Part shown: positions 24,870 through 36,972 of the stretch, in pieces
Layout: each line of letters opens with the position of its first letter
Numbering within the stretch: the stretch's first letter is position 1
DNA from: Diplonema japonicum
Taxonomy: Eukaryota; Protista; Euglenozoa: Diplonemea
Direction: 5' to 3'
Length of the DNA stretch: 64,000 bases
NCBI GenBank assembly: GCA_964019335.1
Contig: OZ025648.1
Span: 930,001 to 994,000, forward strand
Position numbers and translations under genes: made by a program
Notes under the pieces: model-generated
What the model saw: the letters and a program-made list of their open reading frames with translations, nothing else
Told to the model about the DNA's origin: nothing
Database searches by the model: none

Positions 24870-25639
24870 ATGCACACCATACTCCTACAAACCACGAAGC
24901 AGCAGCACCAGCAAAAGGTTCGAAGATCGATTGGGTTAGCAACTTACGGAGGTGGGCTGGTGTGCATGGTGCTGATAGCCTACGTATCACTATTCGCTTG
25001 GTCTGAAGAAGGGTGGGAGAAGGGAAGGGAGAGAGAGAATAAAAATGCAGCGAAGGTCACTTCGAGATGGCAGGTATACCCCCACCACCACTACCACCAC
25101 CAACAAATAAAAAGGTAATTCGAAACGAAATCGAGGCAGACCACCCTGGTGGCAGGGGAGAAATGTCGAGTTTTGTGTCGTACGACAATTCTGGTCAAGG
25201 ACGCATCCCGTCGCTGTTATCAGAATATTTTCACAATTTCTTCGTTGTCGTGGTTGGCCGCCCGCCAAGCACTGATCGGCGAAGAATGGTCTCTTGTGCG
25301 ACTGGAGCATCTTCAAGAACTTTTGAAACCCTCGATTTGCTCAAAACAGGGCACGATTACCAGCTGCTCACCACCGCTCCAGCATGGGCCAGCGAAGACA
25401 GTAAAACTTCCCTGATCACCCTTATAAAGAATTCCAAAACCACTTTTCTAGATTCCACTCTTCTCCCTTCTCAAGACTGGTCCGTCCCCATTTCGGAAAT
25501 CGCAACTATAAAGCCCTTGAACTTCCCTGCTCTGTACAGAGTAGATTCACTGACCACGCCACAGCCCTTCAACTGCTCTGCCCATCTTGTGGCGTATAAC
25601 TGCCAAGCGAGGATGGCGATATGTTCTCAAGCGCATTAG
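24870..25639 (+). CDS. Single-TM protein of unknown function (exons 24870-25073, 25115-25639)
   Basis: Intron 25074-25114 (GTATAC...AAAAG, phase 0) joins two computed ORFs; N-terminal TM GGGLVCMVLIAYVSLFAW. Confidence 0.7.
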
Positions 25640-26194
25640 TATTTAAAAAATAAAAAAAGGGAAATATAAGAGGGGTTGTGTGGGGGGGGTGTTTTTTTCT
25701 TCTTTTTTATTCACATTTTGTTTCCGTTACTCTGTTATTTCTTGGTCAGCAACAGGTGAGTGCAAAAAGAAAAAGGAAAGGAAAAAAAAAAGGGGGTACA
25801 AATAGTATAAAAAAAAGAGGAGAGGAGAGACCTGCTAAGTATTTCTTTTTCTTCTTTCTTTTCCTTCCCCCCTCTTTATTTCTTTTTTAAAATCATGTGC
25901 GGGCAAAAAAAAAAAAAAAAAAAAAATGCTCTTCTTGACGTCGTCTAGGTGAACGGCAAGTCAAATCAGACGGTGGAGAAAAATCTGACGAGAGCGGAAG
26001 GCGTACATATGAGTGCGGCGAGTGCAAAGGAAAGGTAAGTTACAACAACTACGGCACGACAATGGCCCCCTCTGCGGGATCTCGAACCTTTACAGGCGCC
26101 CCCCCCTCAGTACAGTAGAAAGGTTTTCTTCACCCATTCTTCTTCTTAAAACATTAAAAGGATTGATACACTACACTAAAAGAAAGAGGGAACC

Positions 26195-26389
26195 ATGACC
26201 TTCAAGGTGTGCTTCACCGGTGCCAACATGGCAGACATCGACGACCAGCTGCACACGCTGCAGGGGACCTGTGGGCCGAAGCCGCCCAAGCTCGCCCCCC
26301 CTCCGCCTCCTCCGTCCCTGCACAAAACACACCTGGCACCGACCGCGAAGATGCTTAAAGGCCACCTCGAGTCCATGAAGCACCACTAA
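26195..26389 (+). CDS. 64-aa Pro-rich micro-protein, copy 2
   Basis: Identical to 14173-14367 except the stop codon (TAA versus TGA). Confidence 0.55.
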   Translation: MTFKVCFTGANMADIDDQLHTLQGTCGPKPPKLAPPPPPPSLHKTHLAPTAKMLKGHLESMKHH

Positions 26390-26531
26390 ACGTGTGGGTT
26401 AAAAAAAAAAAAAAAAGAAGAAAATCTCAATTACACATTTCCCCCATTTTCCCTTTCCCCTTTTTTTTTTTTTTTTTTTTTTTTCTTATTTATTTCCGAA
26501 GTGCGTAAACCCTTCCAAGGCGGGCCACACG

Positions 26532-26819
26532 ATGACGGCTCGGGGAGAGGGTGAAAACAAGAGCGAAGGGAAGGGGGAAGAGGTCAGAGTCACCGCAGCG
26601 GGAAAGCTCAAGAACTACGTGCAATTTATCATAAAGGAGCTGACCACGGGGAGGGGGACGGTGACAGTGAGGTCGGCCACCCCGGGGGTGATTGAGAAAG
26701 CCATCACAGTGGTGGAGGTGGCGAAGCGACATACAGAACGGGAACTGCAAAGCAAAGCGGAGCTCAGCCCCACGGCACAAGGTGACCCGTGCCTGACAGT
26801 GACATTGACCGTGAAATAA
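26532..26819 (+). CDS. Alba-domain nucleic-acid-binding protein (Alba/Rpp25/Rpp20 superfamily)
   Basis: EVRVTAAGKLKNYVQF...TVTVRS...IEKAITVVEVAKRH...PCLTVTLT matches the Alba pattern. Confidence 0.75.
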   Translation: MTARGEGENKSEGKGEEVRVTAAGKLKNYVQFIIKELTTGRGTVTVRSATPGVIEKAITVVEVAKRHTERELQSKAELSPTAQGDPCLTVTLTVK

Positions 26820-26976
26820 AAGAAGTAAAGAAAAAAAAAAAAAAAAAAAGAGAGATTATTAATAAGAGGATCCCATATTATCCCCCTTCTCATACAACAA
26901 TAAAACAAAAGGCGGAGGGAGGGAGAAGGGGAGGAGGGGGGGCGAGGAAGCCGCATTTTATCAAAGAAAAAAAAAA

Positions 26977-27759
26977 ATGCACCGAAAAGACGAAGTCAGG
27001 CACATCAGTGCCTTAGCAGCGCGTGTGGAGAGGGTGGTCATAGGGGTGGCTCTCGGGGCCGCCTTGTTCGCTGTGTACTGTCTGCTGACAGTGATAATGG
27101 GTAGGGGTGAGATTTTGTATTATTGTTTATTGAAGTTCGCTGTATCAATAGTGTGTGTGCAAGGGGCGAGGGTGGGGTGGGTGCAGTGCATACTGCCTTG
27201 GAGGCGGAGGGGGAAGGCGGAACAAAGGGTTCTCTCGTTGACACACAAAACCCAATCCGAGCCCACCCTTTCCGAAGAACTGCATGTTGAAAAAATCACA
27301 GAGCTGCGCACCATAGGGTCCTACTCCGCTGCAGTCAGACAAGCCATCACAGCGCATTCAGAGTACCCCCTGTCCCTCCCAGTCATGGTGTTGCTCTGCA
27401 AGTGTGCGAACGACGAAGCGTCCTCTCTTCACAAAGGCCCTGAACAGGAGAAGGCCCTGCGGACCGGGTGTGAGTGTGCCGCCAAGCTCATAAAGCACCA
27501 CCCAAGCGAGGCAGCGGGTTGGAAGTGGTGGGCCGTCCTCGAAGGCAGGCTGTCAAGCTACAAACCCACGAAAGAGAAGATTGCCAGTGCAATTGACATC
27601 AAGGTGCCCCCGCGAAAAAAAAATAAATCACAAAAAAAAAAAATAGACATACGCACTCAAAGCCATTGAACTGGACCCCACAGACCCCGTCCAGCTACAC
27701 GTAGTAGGTGCTTGGTGCCATGGTGTTGCTAAAATATCGTATGCGGTTTTTATGTGACG

Positions 27760-27791
<32 letters not shown>

Positions 27792-28055
27792 TGGATTGAA
27801 CGGAAAGCTGCCGAGGCCATCTTTGGGACACCACCAACCTCGACGGTGGAGGAGGCCCTTACCTACTTGGAACGTGCAGACGCCATCGAAGGCTTCACTG
27901 AGAACTCTATGTTGATGGGCGATTGCCTCAAGGAGCTCGGAAAGCCGGAGGAAGCGGATCAGTACTACAAGGCGGCGCTGCAGCAGATCCAAGGGCCGAA
28001 GGACGCCGAGTCGGTGCGGAAAAAGATTGTTAAGAGAATGACGAAGAGACCTTAG
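26977..28055 (+). CDS. RMDN (regulator of microtubule dynamics)-like TPR protein (exons 26977-27603, 27647-27738, 27791-28055)
   Basis: Spliced sequence KWWAVLEG...KEKIASAIDIK|TYALKAIELDPTDP...GAWCHGVAKIS|WIERKAAEAIFGTPPTSTVEEAL matches the RMDN family pattern; N-terminal TM; introns 27604-27646 and 27739-27790. Confidence 0.85.
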
Positions 28056-28176
28056 AAGGAAAAAAAAAATTACTCTCTCTTTCTTGTGATCAAGAAATAT
28101 TTACCTCTTTTTTTTTCTTGCAAAACGAAAAAAAAAAAGGAAAAAAAAAAAAAAAAAAAAAAAGACAAAAAAATAA

Positions 28177-29652
28177 ATGCCGCTATTCACGACATGCTGT
28201 GGCAAGGATGTCCCTACGAAGGAACCGAAGATCTGCGCGGGGTGCGGACAGCGTTCGTACAAAACTACCTTAAAGGCGCCGGGAGAAGGGAGCTTCGTGT
28301 GGAATGGTGTGAGCTGGGAACAAGTGGGGAGAACGGAAACCGATGACCCACCTCGAAGGCCAGCGATAATCAAACCTCCCTCCCAAACAGAGGGCCCTCT
28401 TCTAGCCGCTGTAACCCCGCTACAAGAACTCACCGAAGAACTGGCTGCAAGATTGAAAAACAGCGAAGAACCACCCCCACCCCCACCTACAGAACCCGCT
28501 ACACCAGAGGAATCTGAACACGAGGTTTCACAAAGCGAAACCGTTGAGGTTCACGGGCTGACTTCTCATCCACAGTACAACGGCTGCAGGGGGAAGGTTC
28601 TCTTCAGGAAGGGGAATGAATGCGTTGTGCAGCTACGTAGCAACACAATTGGCGGAGCACCCTGGAAAGGCTCTTTAGGAGGACGGGGCAGCGTACCCCG
28701 GCATGACCGGTGCCTTCCATGGGAACAGCCAGACAGGCACACTACCAGAATGAAGGATTCTTATACCGCCTCTGACCTCCCACCTACCACGAGCCTTTCT
28801 ATCCCTGGGTCGTTTGAAATGGAAGCCACCTTCTACACCTCCAACCTTCGTGTCGTCAAGTCTGAACCAAGCACCTCGTCCTCGCATCTTGCTTCTGCTC
28901 CCATTTCTGTCGCAGGCACGCTCTCTCCAAAAAAAAATACTGATGGGAAAAAACAGTGGTATGAGATATTGATTCCTGTCTAGAATAACAACCCAAAGGG
29001 AGTTTAATGGTATCCGAGGACCGGCCCCGGTGGATTCTTGGGAAGGCCGCGAACTTCCATGGGCTAGGTATATTAATTTTTTTTTTTCTGATTTCCACCT
29101 CGCAGCCCACCTCGTCGAGGATCGCCGAACACGTCGTTCAGGTCCCCCCGGTCTTCAAAAGCCGAAGGGGGTGAGAGGCCCTTCAATGGGTGTCCGTTGC
29201 GATCGACGCATCAGCGGATAACGGAGAAAGAAAGAGAAGAGTGCTACTGGGAGAGAGAGGTACCGGAGAGGGAGAAGAGAAGGGTGGATGTCCTGAGGCA
29301 AAGGCTTGCTGCTGTGGAAGCTTCGGCGGTGGGGTGCTTCGGTACCTCGCAGGCAAGCCTAAGCCCAAGCCCTTCAAGAGCGTCGTCTGTGTACCAAGAG
29401 ACTGTCCCGCCGGGGAGATCGTCGGTGAGCATGGGCAGGTCCCTCCCACGGTATTCTTCGAACCCACCACCACCTCCTTCATCTTCCTCCCCCCCCGCTT
29501 CCTCTGCTGACTGTGCCGTGTGCTACGACTCGGTAGACGATGGCGCGCTCGTGGGCATGGCACGACGCTCACAGGACGCCGCACAGCTACCTGGCGGGGA
29601 CCTTGTATGCGCCGAGATCAGCTCAAAGCTTAAAATGTTTCTCGAAAAATGA
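28177..29652 (+). CDS. Pro/Ser-rich protein of unknown function (exons 28177-28958, 28999-29067, 29106-29652)
   Basis: Two phase-2 GT-AG introns (28959-28998, 29068-29105) join three ORF fragments. N-terminal CC..CxxC and a VEVHGL...YNGCRGKV SH3/KOW-like segment. Confidence 0.6.
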
Positions 29653-29775
29653 ATGTTGATACAACCCCTAATGTTTGTGTACTTTTTTTTTTATATTCCA
29701 TCCTCTTACATTTCTGACACAACATGATCACGCAGCCCTCACTACAGGAAAGAAGGTTAAAGTCACTTGGGCAAG

Positions 29776-31028
29776 ATGGCCAATGTGACAAAGACCTTGA
29801 CGATGACCGTGAGCTGGTCCGGGCAGGACCTTGGCAGCGACGGCTCAGACACCAAAGATCAAAACCCGTTTATTTTCGCGGGCGGTTTGATCCTGCTGTT
29901 CATCTTGCTTGCGGGGATGGCAGCGAGTGTTGACACTCAAGCATTCAAAGGACACTTCAAGAGACCAAAGCCTATCTTGGTAGGGCTGTTCTGCCAATTC
30001 GTGTGCCTGCCCCTGTTCGGCTACCTCTCTGTGCTATGGTTCGACGTGAGCCAAGTCGTCTCGATCGCACTGCTCACAACATGCATGTCCCCAGGAGGTG
30101 CTTTCTCGAACTGGTTCTGCTCCCTGTTCAACGCAGACCTCGCACTGTCCATTGCAATGACAACCACCTCCACACTTCTAGCACTTGTGGTGCTACCGTT
30201 GAATATGTACATATATGTATCGTCGGCTTACGGGTCGTCGGTGGTCCTTGACTGGGCGTCGCTGTTCATTTCGGTGGGCAGTGCTGCAGCGGGTATGATA
30301 ACAGGAGTGTGGATCGGGTGGAAACACCCCGAGTGGAGACGGAAGTGCAACATCGCGGCATCGTTTGCAGGAATCGCATTGGTGCTGTACGGGGCGTTTA
30401 CTTCCACAACGGTATTGGGGAGGAGGAAAAAAAAAAAAAAAAAGAAAAAAAAAAAAAGAGCGCGCCATTATGGAACCGTGAAGGTTTGTTCTATCTGCAG
30501 GTAGCTCTTCCGTGCCTCATGGGGGTTGCCGCCTCTACGCTGCTGTGTTACGCCGCGAGGCTTGAAGGCCCTACGTCCGTTGCTATCGCTATTGAGTGCG
30601 GGTACCAAAACACAGGTATCGCGATGTCAATCGTGCTAGCAACGTTCAAAGGCGACGACCAAGGTGAAGCCTTAGGTGTGCCTTTGTACTACGGTACCAT
30701 CCAAGCCATTGTTCTGATTATCTACAACCTCTGTATGTGGAAGATGGGACGTACCTACGCACCTATTGATGTTACAGTGCCAAAGATGATTACGACAAAC
30801 TACCAGCCGGTCGGTGATGAGCCCAATGAGCCGTTTAAAAAGGAAGGTGAGGAGGAGGAAGGGGAGGAAGAAGATGTGCTTAGTTCAGGTTCCCCGCTGG
30901 CGGATGAGGCGGCGGGCATTAATGAGGCGCCCAGGCAAGAGAGCAATCCTATGGTACGATGCCTTCTTTCCGGGGAAGAAAAAAACAATCTCCCAAAGGT
31001 GCATTCTGCTAGCGACGAACGGCTTTGA
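29776..31028 (+). CDS. Bile acid:sodium symporter family transporter (SLC10/BASS) (exons 29776-30411, 30459-31028)
   Basis: KRPKPILVGLFCQFVCLPL, SPGGAFSN, ADLALSIAMTTTST, AIECGYQNTGIA and PLYYG motifs; intron 30412-30458 repairs the frame. Confidence 0.92.
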
Positions 31029-32658
31029 CCAGAATGTTCTGATGAAGAAAAAAAAAAATGATTCTTTTTCCATTTTTTTTGTGCCCCTCGCCCCCCTCCC
31101 TCTCTTCTCTTTGTTTTTGGACTTTTTTTTTTTTTTACGAATTCAAGTGAATTCTTCGGAAAAGGGGAAAAAATATTTTTTCTCTCTTTTTTTTTTGGTT
31201 ACAAAATGTCAACCGGATAATATAAAGGAAAACACCGTTTACAGGGGGGGGGGGGGGGGGGGGGGACGGCCCAGAGGGGTCGTTTTTTGTCACGTGAATA
31301 CACTTACCCCCACCCCTCCCCTTTTTTTGGGCTATTTTGGTCAGCGGTTATGGAGACAGTGGCCTGGGCTGTCGGCATCATCGCCGTGCCCATCGGAAGG
31401 GGTAAGAATTCTTTGTAAGATTTCGGCGGAAAAGTTTTTTTTTCTTCTCATCGTGAGCGGTGCTTTTCTTATTTGAAGTGCTTTAGAAAGCGGGGGGAGG
31501 GAGAGTTTTACTTTATTGTTAATAAAAAAATGGCCATTCTGTGTAAGATTTGAAAGGAAAAAGAAAAAAAAAATCGTTCCGTGAACCCCACCTCCCTGTC
31601 ATGCTTTGAAGAAGGGGGAAATAAAAAAAAAAGAAAGGGGTGAACAATTCTCTCCCCCCCCCCCCCCCCCCCCCACGCACAATTACCCTTTTTCTTCTGA
31701 TTTTCTTTTTTTCTCTACCCTTTAGGAACAGGGGCAGAGGGGGAGGGAGTGACTTTGTTCCACCGTCCCGAACGGTATTGGTTACTCAGTGACATGTTGT
31801 TCCCGTTGTCTCTTCCTCTCCTAGGCATAGTGGTGAAAAATTTTTTTTCGCATATTTTCGCATTTTCAGAACTGGTCCAAAAAGATATCGCAACACAATT
31901 CCGTGTTGAAGAAGGGGGAAAAAAAAAAAAAAAAAAAAAAAAAAAAAGCATTTCGCATCACTACTATGCCTGGGAGGGGACGACTCAGTTTCGAGTGGCA
32001 TTGTTTCCCCCCGGTGACCAAAGAGGTGAGAACTCATGAAAAGATAAAAGAGCGCCCCGTCCCACCGCTTGTGTGAACGGTTTTTCTTTCTCTTTTCGCA
32101 TTTTTTCTTTTTTTTTTCAGCCCCCCCCCACCTGCTTCTTAATTATGTTCCTCATTCTTTCCACCTTTGTTTTCTTTGTCCAGATTTTATCGCTATTCGA
32201 GAAGAATATTAAAGATGGGAGTTTTTATAGACACAGTCTACTTTTTTTGTTTCTTGAGGGAACAAAAAGATCTTACGAGAGGAAAGGAAAAAAAAAAAAG
32301 GAAATTCCATCCGTCAAAACAGTTTTCTAAAAGAAATAACCCATTTTTTTTTTTTTTTGTTTTCATTGTCATAGTCTGCCCTATAGTTTCCCTACTCCCG
32401 CCCGTCCGGTTTTCTATGATTTCCTTTTTTTTTTTCCCATTTGATATGGCTAAAAAAAAAGGGGGGGGGGGGGGGGGGAAACGAGGAAACGAACGATAGA
32501 ACGATATCTCCCACCACCACCCCCTGTCCGGTCATGGCCTCGTCAATGCGAGTCACATTTTTTTTTTTTTTTCTTTCTTTCTTTTTTTTTCCTCGTCCAA
32601 AAAAAAAAAAAAAAAAAAGTGGTGACCGGCGGGGGGGAGGGGAGGGGCCGTCGGGTCC

Positions 32659-32693
<35 letters not shown>

Positions 32694-32697
<4 letters not shown>

Positions 32698-33443
32698 ACC
32701 ATTCCATATCCATGTCCATGGAGCACATCACCGCCCACGCAGCGAAGTACTTCGACATAGTAAGGAAGCACGACGAGAGGGGTTTACTTTGGCTGGTGTT
32801 CGTCACGGGCGATGACTTTCGAGTTAAATCGATGTCGTTCCTGCCCGTAGAGGCCGTGCAACTGTCTCAAAGCAACGTGCTGCTGGGACTATTTGACGAA
32901 TACAAAAAAGAAACCCAGTTCGTCTGCTGGTACACCTTGGAGAATGAGAGCGGTGTCGCGTTATGCTCAAAAGTAGTGATCGTCGACAGCTGCCCACCAC
33001 AAGAAGAAAGAGAAGCTACATGTGCGTCAATGGAGTATTCTGAGCTGGTGAAGATGACCTTGCAAATCACTGAAGCCGCCGGTAAGATGTCTGCTGCCAT
33101 TGATTCCTTAAACCAGCGTCTTGAACAGGTGTCCGAGCGACAGCAGACCATTGATGATGCCATGGTAACGGTTCTCACCGACACCCGTACCGCAATTCTT
33201 GAGGAGAAAGTTGCGAGATTGGAGAGGGCGCTGGCGGAGAAGTCCGGGCGTGGCCCGCCGTCTCCTGTTGTGTCCCCCCAGCAGGTTCCGCATTGTACTC
33301 GGCATCACGATTCGTCAGCGCTCAACATCAGCAAAATATTTCACACTCCGAGCCCCCCTACCAACCCCCTTCCTGCTGCGCCTTCTTCTACGCTAGATGA
33401 TATGATATCAAAGTTTGAAGCGAAATTAGCTACCATAACATGA
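32694..33443 (+). CDS. Protein of unknown function with central coiled coil
   Basis: ATG directly after a long A-run; about 249 codons. Confidence 0.7.
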
Positions 33444-33607
33444 AGTTTGCATTTTTTTTTAATAGATATATGGGGGGAGGGAGGGGGGGATTTTGGAAGG
33501 GGGGAAAAAAAGTGCTCGGGCATTATTTTTTTTGTCAGTCTCGGGATTTTTTTTTTCTGTTACAGTAATTATTTATTACTATAGATTATGTTTTTTTTTT
33601 TACCCCT

Positions 33608-33641
<34 letters not shown>

Positions 33642-33755
33642 GTTTTCTCCCCTCCCCACTTTCTGACATTAAGCGTGTAGAAAAAAAAAAAGGAAAAAAA
33701 AAAAAAACCTAGGAGGAGCGGGGGGTTTCACACACACACTTTTTTATTTTTTAAA

Positions 33756-35773
33756 ATGAAGGCCAAAAGAAAGACTTCGAAGCGAGTGACCACCAAGCAG
33801 ACGGCGAAGGTATGTGTCCCCCCCCCCCCAGTCTCAAAGAGGGGGAAAAACAAAAGGGAAAAAAAAAAAAAAAAAAAAAAACCTAGGTGACGAAGAAGGT
33901 AAGCCGGTTTAAAAGAGAAGCGCGAAGAACGGCCAGAAAAATGAAGTCGCAAGGAATACTTGGATCTAAGCGTATGTTTCCCCCCCCTTTTTTCTTCTTC
34001 ATTTTTATGCTATACGAGCTCGTCCGGATAAAAATGGGGGGGTTCAAAAATCTTTTCGCTTTGTATTCTTTGATTGCTTAGCTTTATCCTACAGCCATGT
34101 ACGTAGTAGTGGAAGGCGTTAGCCATCATCTGCTTTCGCAAGACAGACCCATGATTGGAATTGCTTTTTTTGGCATTCCTTATCGCATCCTGTTTGAACG
34201 GTACGGTGTACGCAGCGCAAAGCCACATAAGGTTCACTGCACATCACCCTGTACCAGCATCTACTACTTCGCAAACTCTGCATTTGTCCTCCAAAACACC
34301 CGGGGAAAAAAAAATACACACACACACACACATATAAATAAAATACAAACCCACTTACAAACCACAGGTAAGGAGAAGGACCCCGCCTTGTCGGTGCCGA
34401 ACAGCTGGCCAGGAAAGGAACAAATCCTACAAACCGCAGCGCTTGAGCGGGAAGTCGCTCTGCAAGATAAGAAGGCGAAGAAGGAGGCGGCAAAGAAGCT
34501 GAGGGAATGGGAGAAGGCCAACCCCGACAAGGCCAAGATCAAGAAAGCAAGGGCGGAGGCGAGGGCCCTGCAGCTCGAGGAAGCAAGGAAGGAGTCCTTG
34601 AAGGCCTCGCAGAGCTTCTCAACGCAAATGCACAAGGTCATCCCACGCTGCAACTGCATCATACAGGTCCTCGACGCAAGATGCGCCGCCGGCTCCATCT
34701 CCCCTGCCATCGAATCACTGATTGAAGAAACCCAGAAGGACCCCAAGGCAAAGGAGCTCGTTGTTATCTATCTCATCAACAAAATCGACCTTGTGCCGAG
34801 GAACTACGCGGAGACCTCTGTAGCATCTTTGAAGGCATCCTTGAAAGACAACGCAGCATTGAAAATCAAGAGAAAGGTTGCTGTTTACTCGACAAAGTTC
34901 ACCGAGTCACCGGGTATGCTGATGAAGCTTATGCAGACTGACTGGTTGAAGAATGTCTACAAGAAGAAGATTATTGCGGCGGTGGTGGGCTTCCCGAACA
35001 CGGGGAAGAACAGTTTGATCAGAGACTTGGAGGTGACAGCTAAAACAGTGTCGGTTCACGCTGCGTCGCAGGTTCCAAGAAACTCCGCTTCAAAAATTCC
35101 GGGCGCGCAGGATTTGGCGTTGGTGACGTTCCCGAGGGACAGCACAGTGGAGTCACGAGCGGCGGATGGTTTCAACGTGATTTTCAAACAGAACGAAGCA
35201 GTTCAAGCAAGGGATGTGGGTGAAAAGGTGGCAATGCATTGCATCCAGAATGCGGCGGTGAAGACAGCAACCTTCTACAAGATCGCGAAGGTGTCAACCC
35301 CCGAAGCACTTCTCTCCTCCATTTGCAAAAAGCGTGGGTTGGTCATCGAGGGAGCCCAGGACACCAACAGAGCGTGCGCCATGCTTGCACAAGACATTAG
35401 TTCGGGTAAGCTTCTCATCGCTTCCGCGTTGCCGTCTGTTGAAAAAAAGACAAGAACCGAAAGCGTTGCAGAGCTCCTTGACGTTCTTAAGCAATGCGTC
35501 CTCCCCGACTCCAAGCTTATCGAAGCCCCCGAAAAATGCTTCGAAATCGTTGATTTCGTCCTCAACAAGGAGGTCACCAAGAAGGAGAGACGAGCGGAGA
35601 AGAAGGCTGCACAAAAGGCAGGTATGGAGGTCGACAGTGACTCCGAAGAAGAGTTCGAGGAAATAGAAGAAGAGGAGGAAGACCCCACTACTTACAAGCT
35701 GGATGACTCGCAATGGGTGGACGAGGGCAGCAGCGGGGAAGAATTCGAAGAGATGGAAGAGGATGAAGAGTAA
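33756..35773 (+). CDS. GNL3/nucleostemin/Nug1-like circularly permuted GTPase (exons 33756-33809, 33887-33971, 34368-35773)
   Basis: Spliced N-terminus MKAKRKTSKRVTTKQTAK|VTKKVSRFKRE...SKR|KEKDPALSVPNSWPGKEQIL matches the GN3L_Grn1 pattern; QVLDAR, INKIDL (G4), VVGFPNTGKNS (G1); acidic tail. Confidence 0.85.
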
Positions 35774-36081
35774 AAGACAGTGCATTAAAAAAAAAAAAAA
35801 GGTTCCTCCCCCCCCTACCCCAACCCTTTCTTCTTCCCCCGTTGTCATATCATTCCCCATTTTTTTTTCTTTTCTTTTTTTTTTTTCTTTTTTCCATCAG
35901 TACCCCGCCCGCTTTCCCTCTTCATTTTTTTTTCTTCTTTTACAATCATTCACCCGCTTTATATAAACCCTCCTTTTTTTTCCGTTTTTTTTTTTTTCCA
36001 CCCTGCCCTTTCCCTTTTTTTTTTCTTCTTGTTTCGGCAAAAAAAAAAAAAAAAAAAAAAAAGGTACACAAAACACGCAAC

Positions 36082-36972
36082 ATGCCAGGCGCACACCCAG
36101 GCGAGGGCGCCAAGGGTTACAAAGGGCTTTGCGTCTTCGATATGGATAATACACTAACACGAGATATGCTGTCTAGTGAAAAGGCCTGCCGGGCAAAGGT
36201 GGAGAGGACACCAGCGTGGCACATCCCGGAGCAAGGGGTGCTAGCCGCAGAGCAGTACCCGGGACTGTACGCAAAGCAAGCCGTGAAGAGATGTCTCAAC
36301 GAAGGCTTCGCGGTAGGCGTGGCGACCGCAGCCCCCTGCGTGCCACCCCCTGCACTAGGCGACCCTGGCGGGAGAAAGGCCAGGGAAAGCCTCCAAACAA
36401 GAATGGGTTTTTTAAAAGGCATAGGAATGCCATCAACAGTCGTAACAGCACAGAACCAACAAGGCCCCGCCTACCAATGCATTGACGATCTATCGGGGAA
36501 CGGGACCTCCAAGAAAAGCCAAATGGTTGGGAATTTAATGGGTTTCTACGGAACGAAGCAGGAAAATACCGTGTTTTTCGACGACCAACAAAGATTTCTA
36601 AATGAGGTGAATTCCGTGTACCCAAAGGTCACCACACAGCTAGCTTCCTCCAAGGAATGCCATGGCAAGGTCTGCCTCAAAGCATGCGGGCTTCGAAAGT
36701 CTGAGTTCGACGTGGGCATCGGCAAGGCACAGCTCCGCTCTGATCCTTCTGCGGCAGATTCTCTCCTCAGCACCACCAAATTCAATCTCGCAGGGAAAGC
36801 AGAGAAGGGTTCAAATACCATTGGACGGCGGACAAGCCACACCGTTCCTAAAAAAACTCTCCTACACCACCAGGCCCTTGCCAACCCTGCACAAAGACAT
36901 GGCTTGGGAGGGAACATGGCCGCACAGCCTCACACACGCTTACACCACCACCACCACCATCTTCATCAGTGA
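36082..36972 (+). CDS. HAD-superfamily hydrolase with His-rich C-terminus
   Basis: Motif I VFDMDNTL, motif II GVAT, Lys in SKKS, motif IV VFFDD; tail HHHHHHLHQ. Confidence 0.75.
   Translation: MPGAHPGEGAKGYKGLCVFDMDNTLTRDMLSSEKACRAKVERTPAWHIPEQGVLAAEQYPGLYAKQAVKRCLNEGFAVGVATAAPCVPPPALGDPGGRKARESLQTRMGFLKGIGMPSTVVTAQNQQGPAYQCIDDLSGNGTSKKSQMVGNLMGFYGTKQENTVFFDDQQRFLNEVNSVYPKVTTQLASSKECHGKVCLKACGLRKSEFDVGIGKAQLRSDPSAADSLLSTTKFNLAGKAEKGSNTIGRRTSHTVPKKTLLHHQALANPAQRHGLGGNMAAQPHTRLHHHHHHLHQ

Noticed and set aside
25949-26118. RRTYECGECKGKV segment resembling RPB12 or a zinc finger
   Set aside because: No second Cys/His pair, no start codon, and no splice model giving the RPB12 C-terminus.
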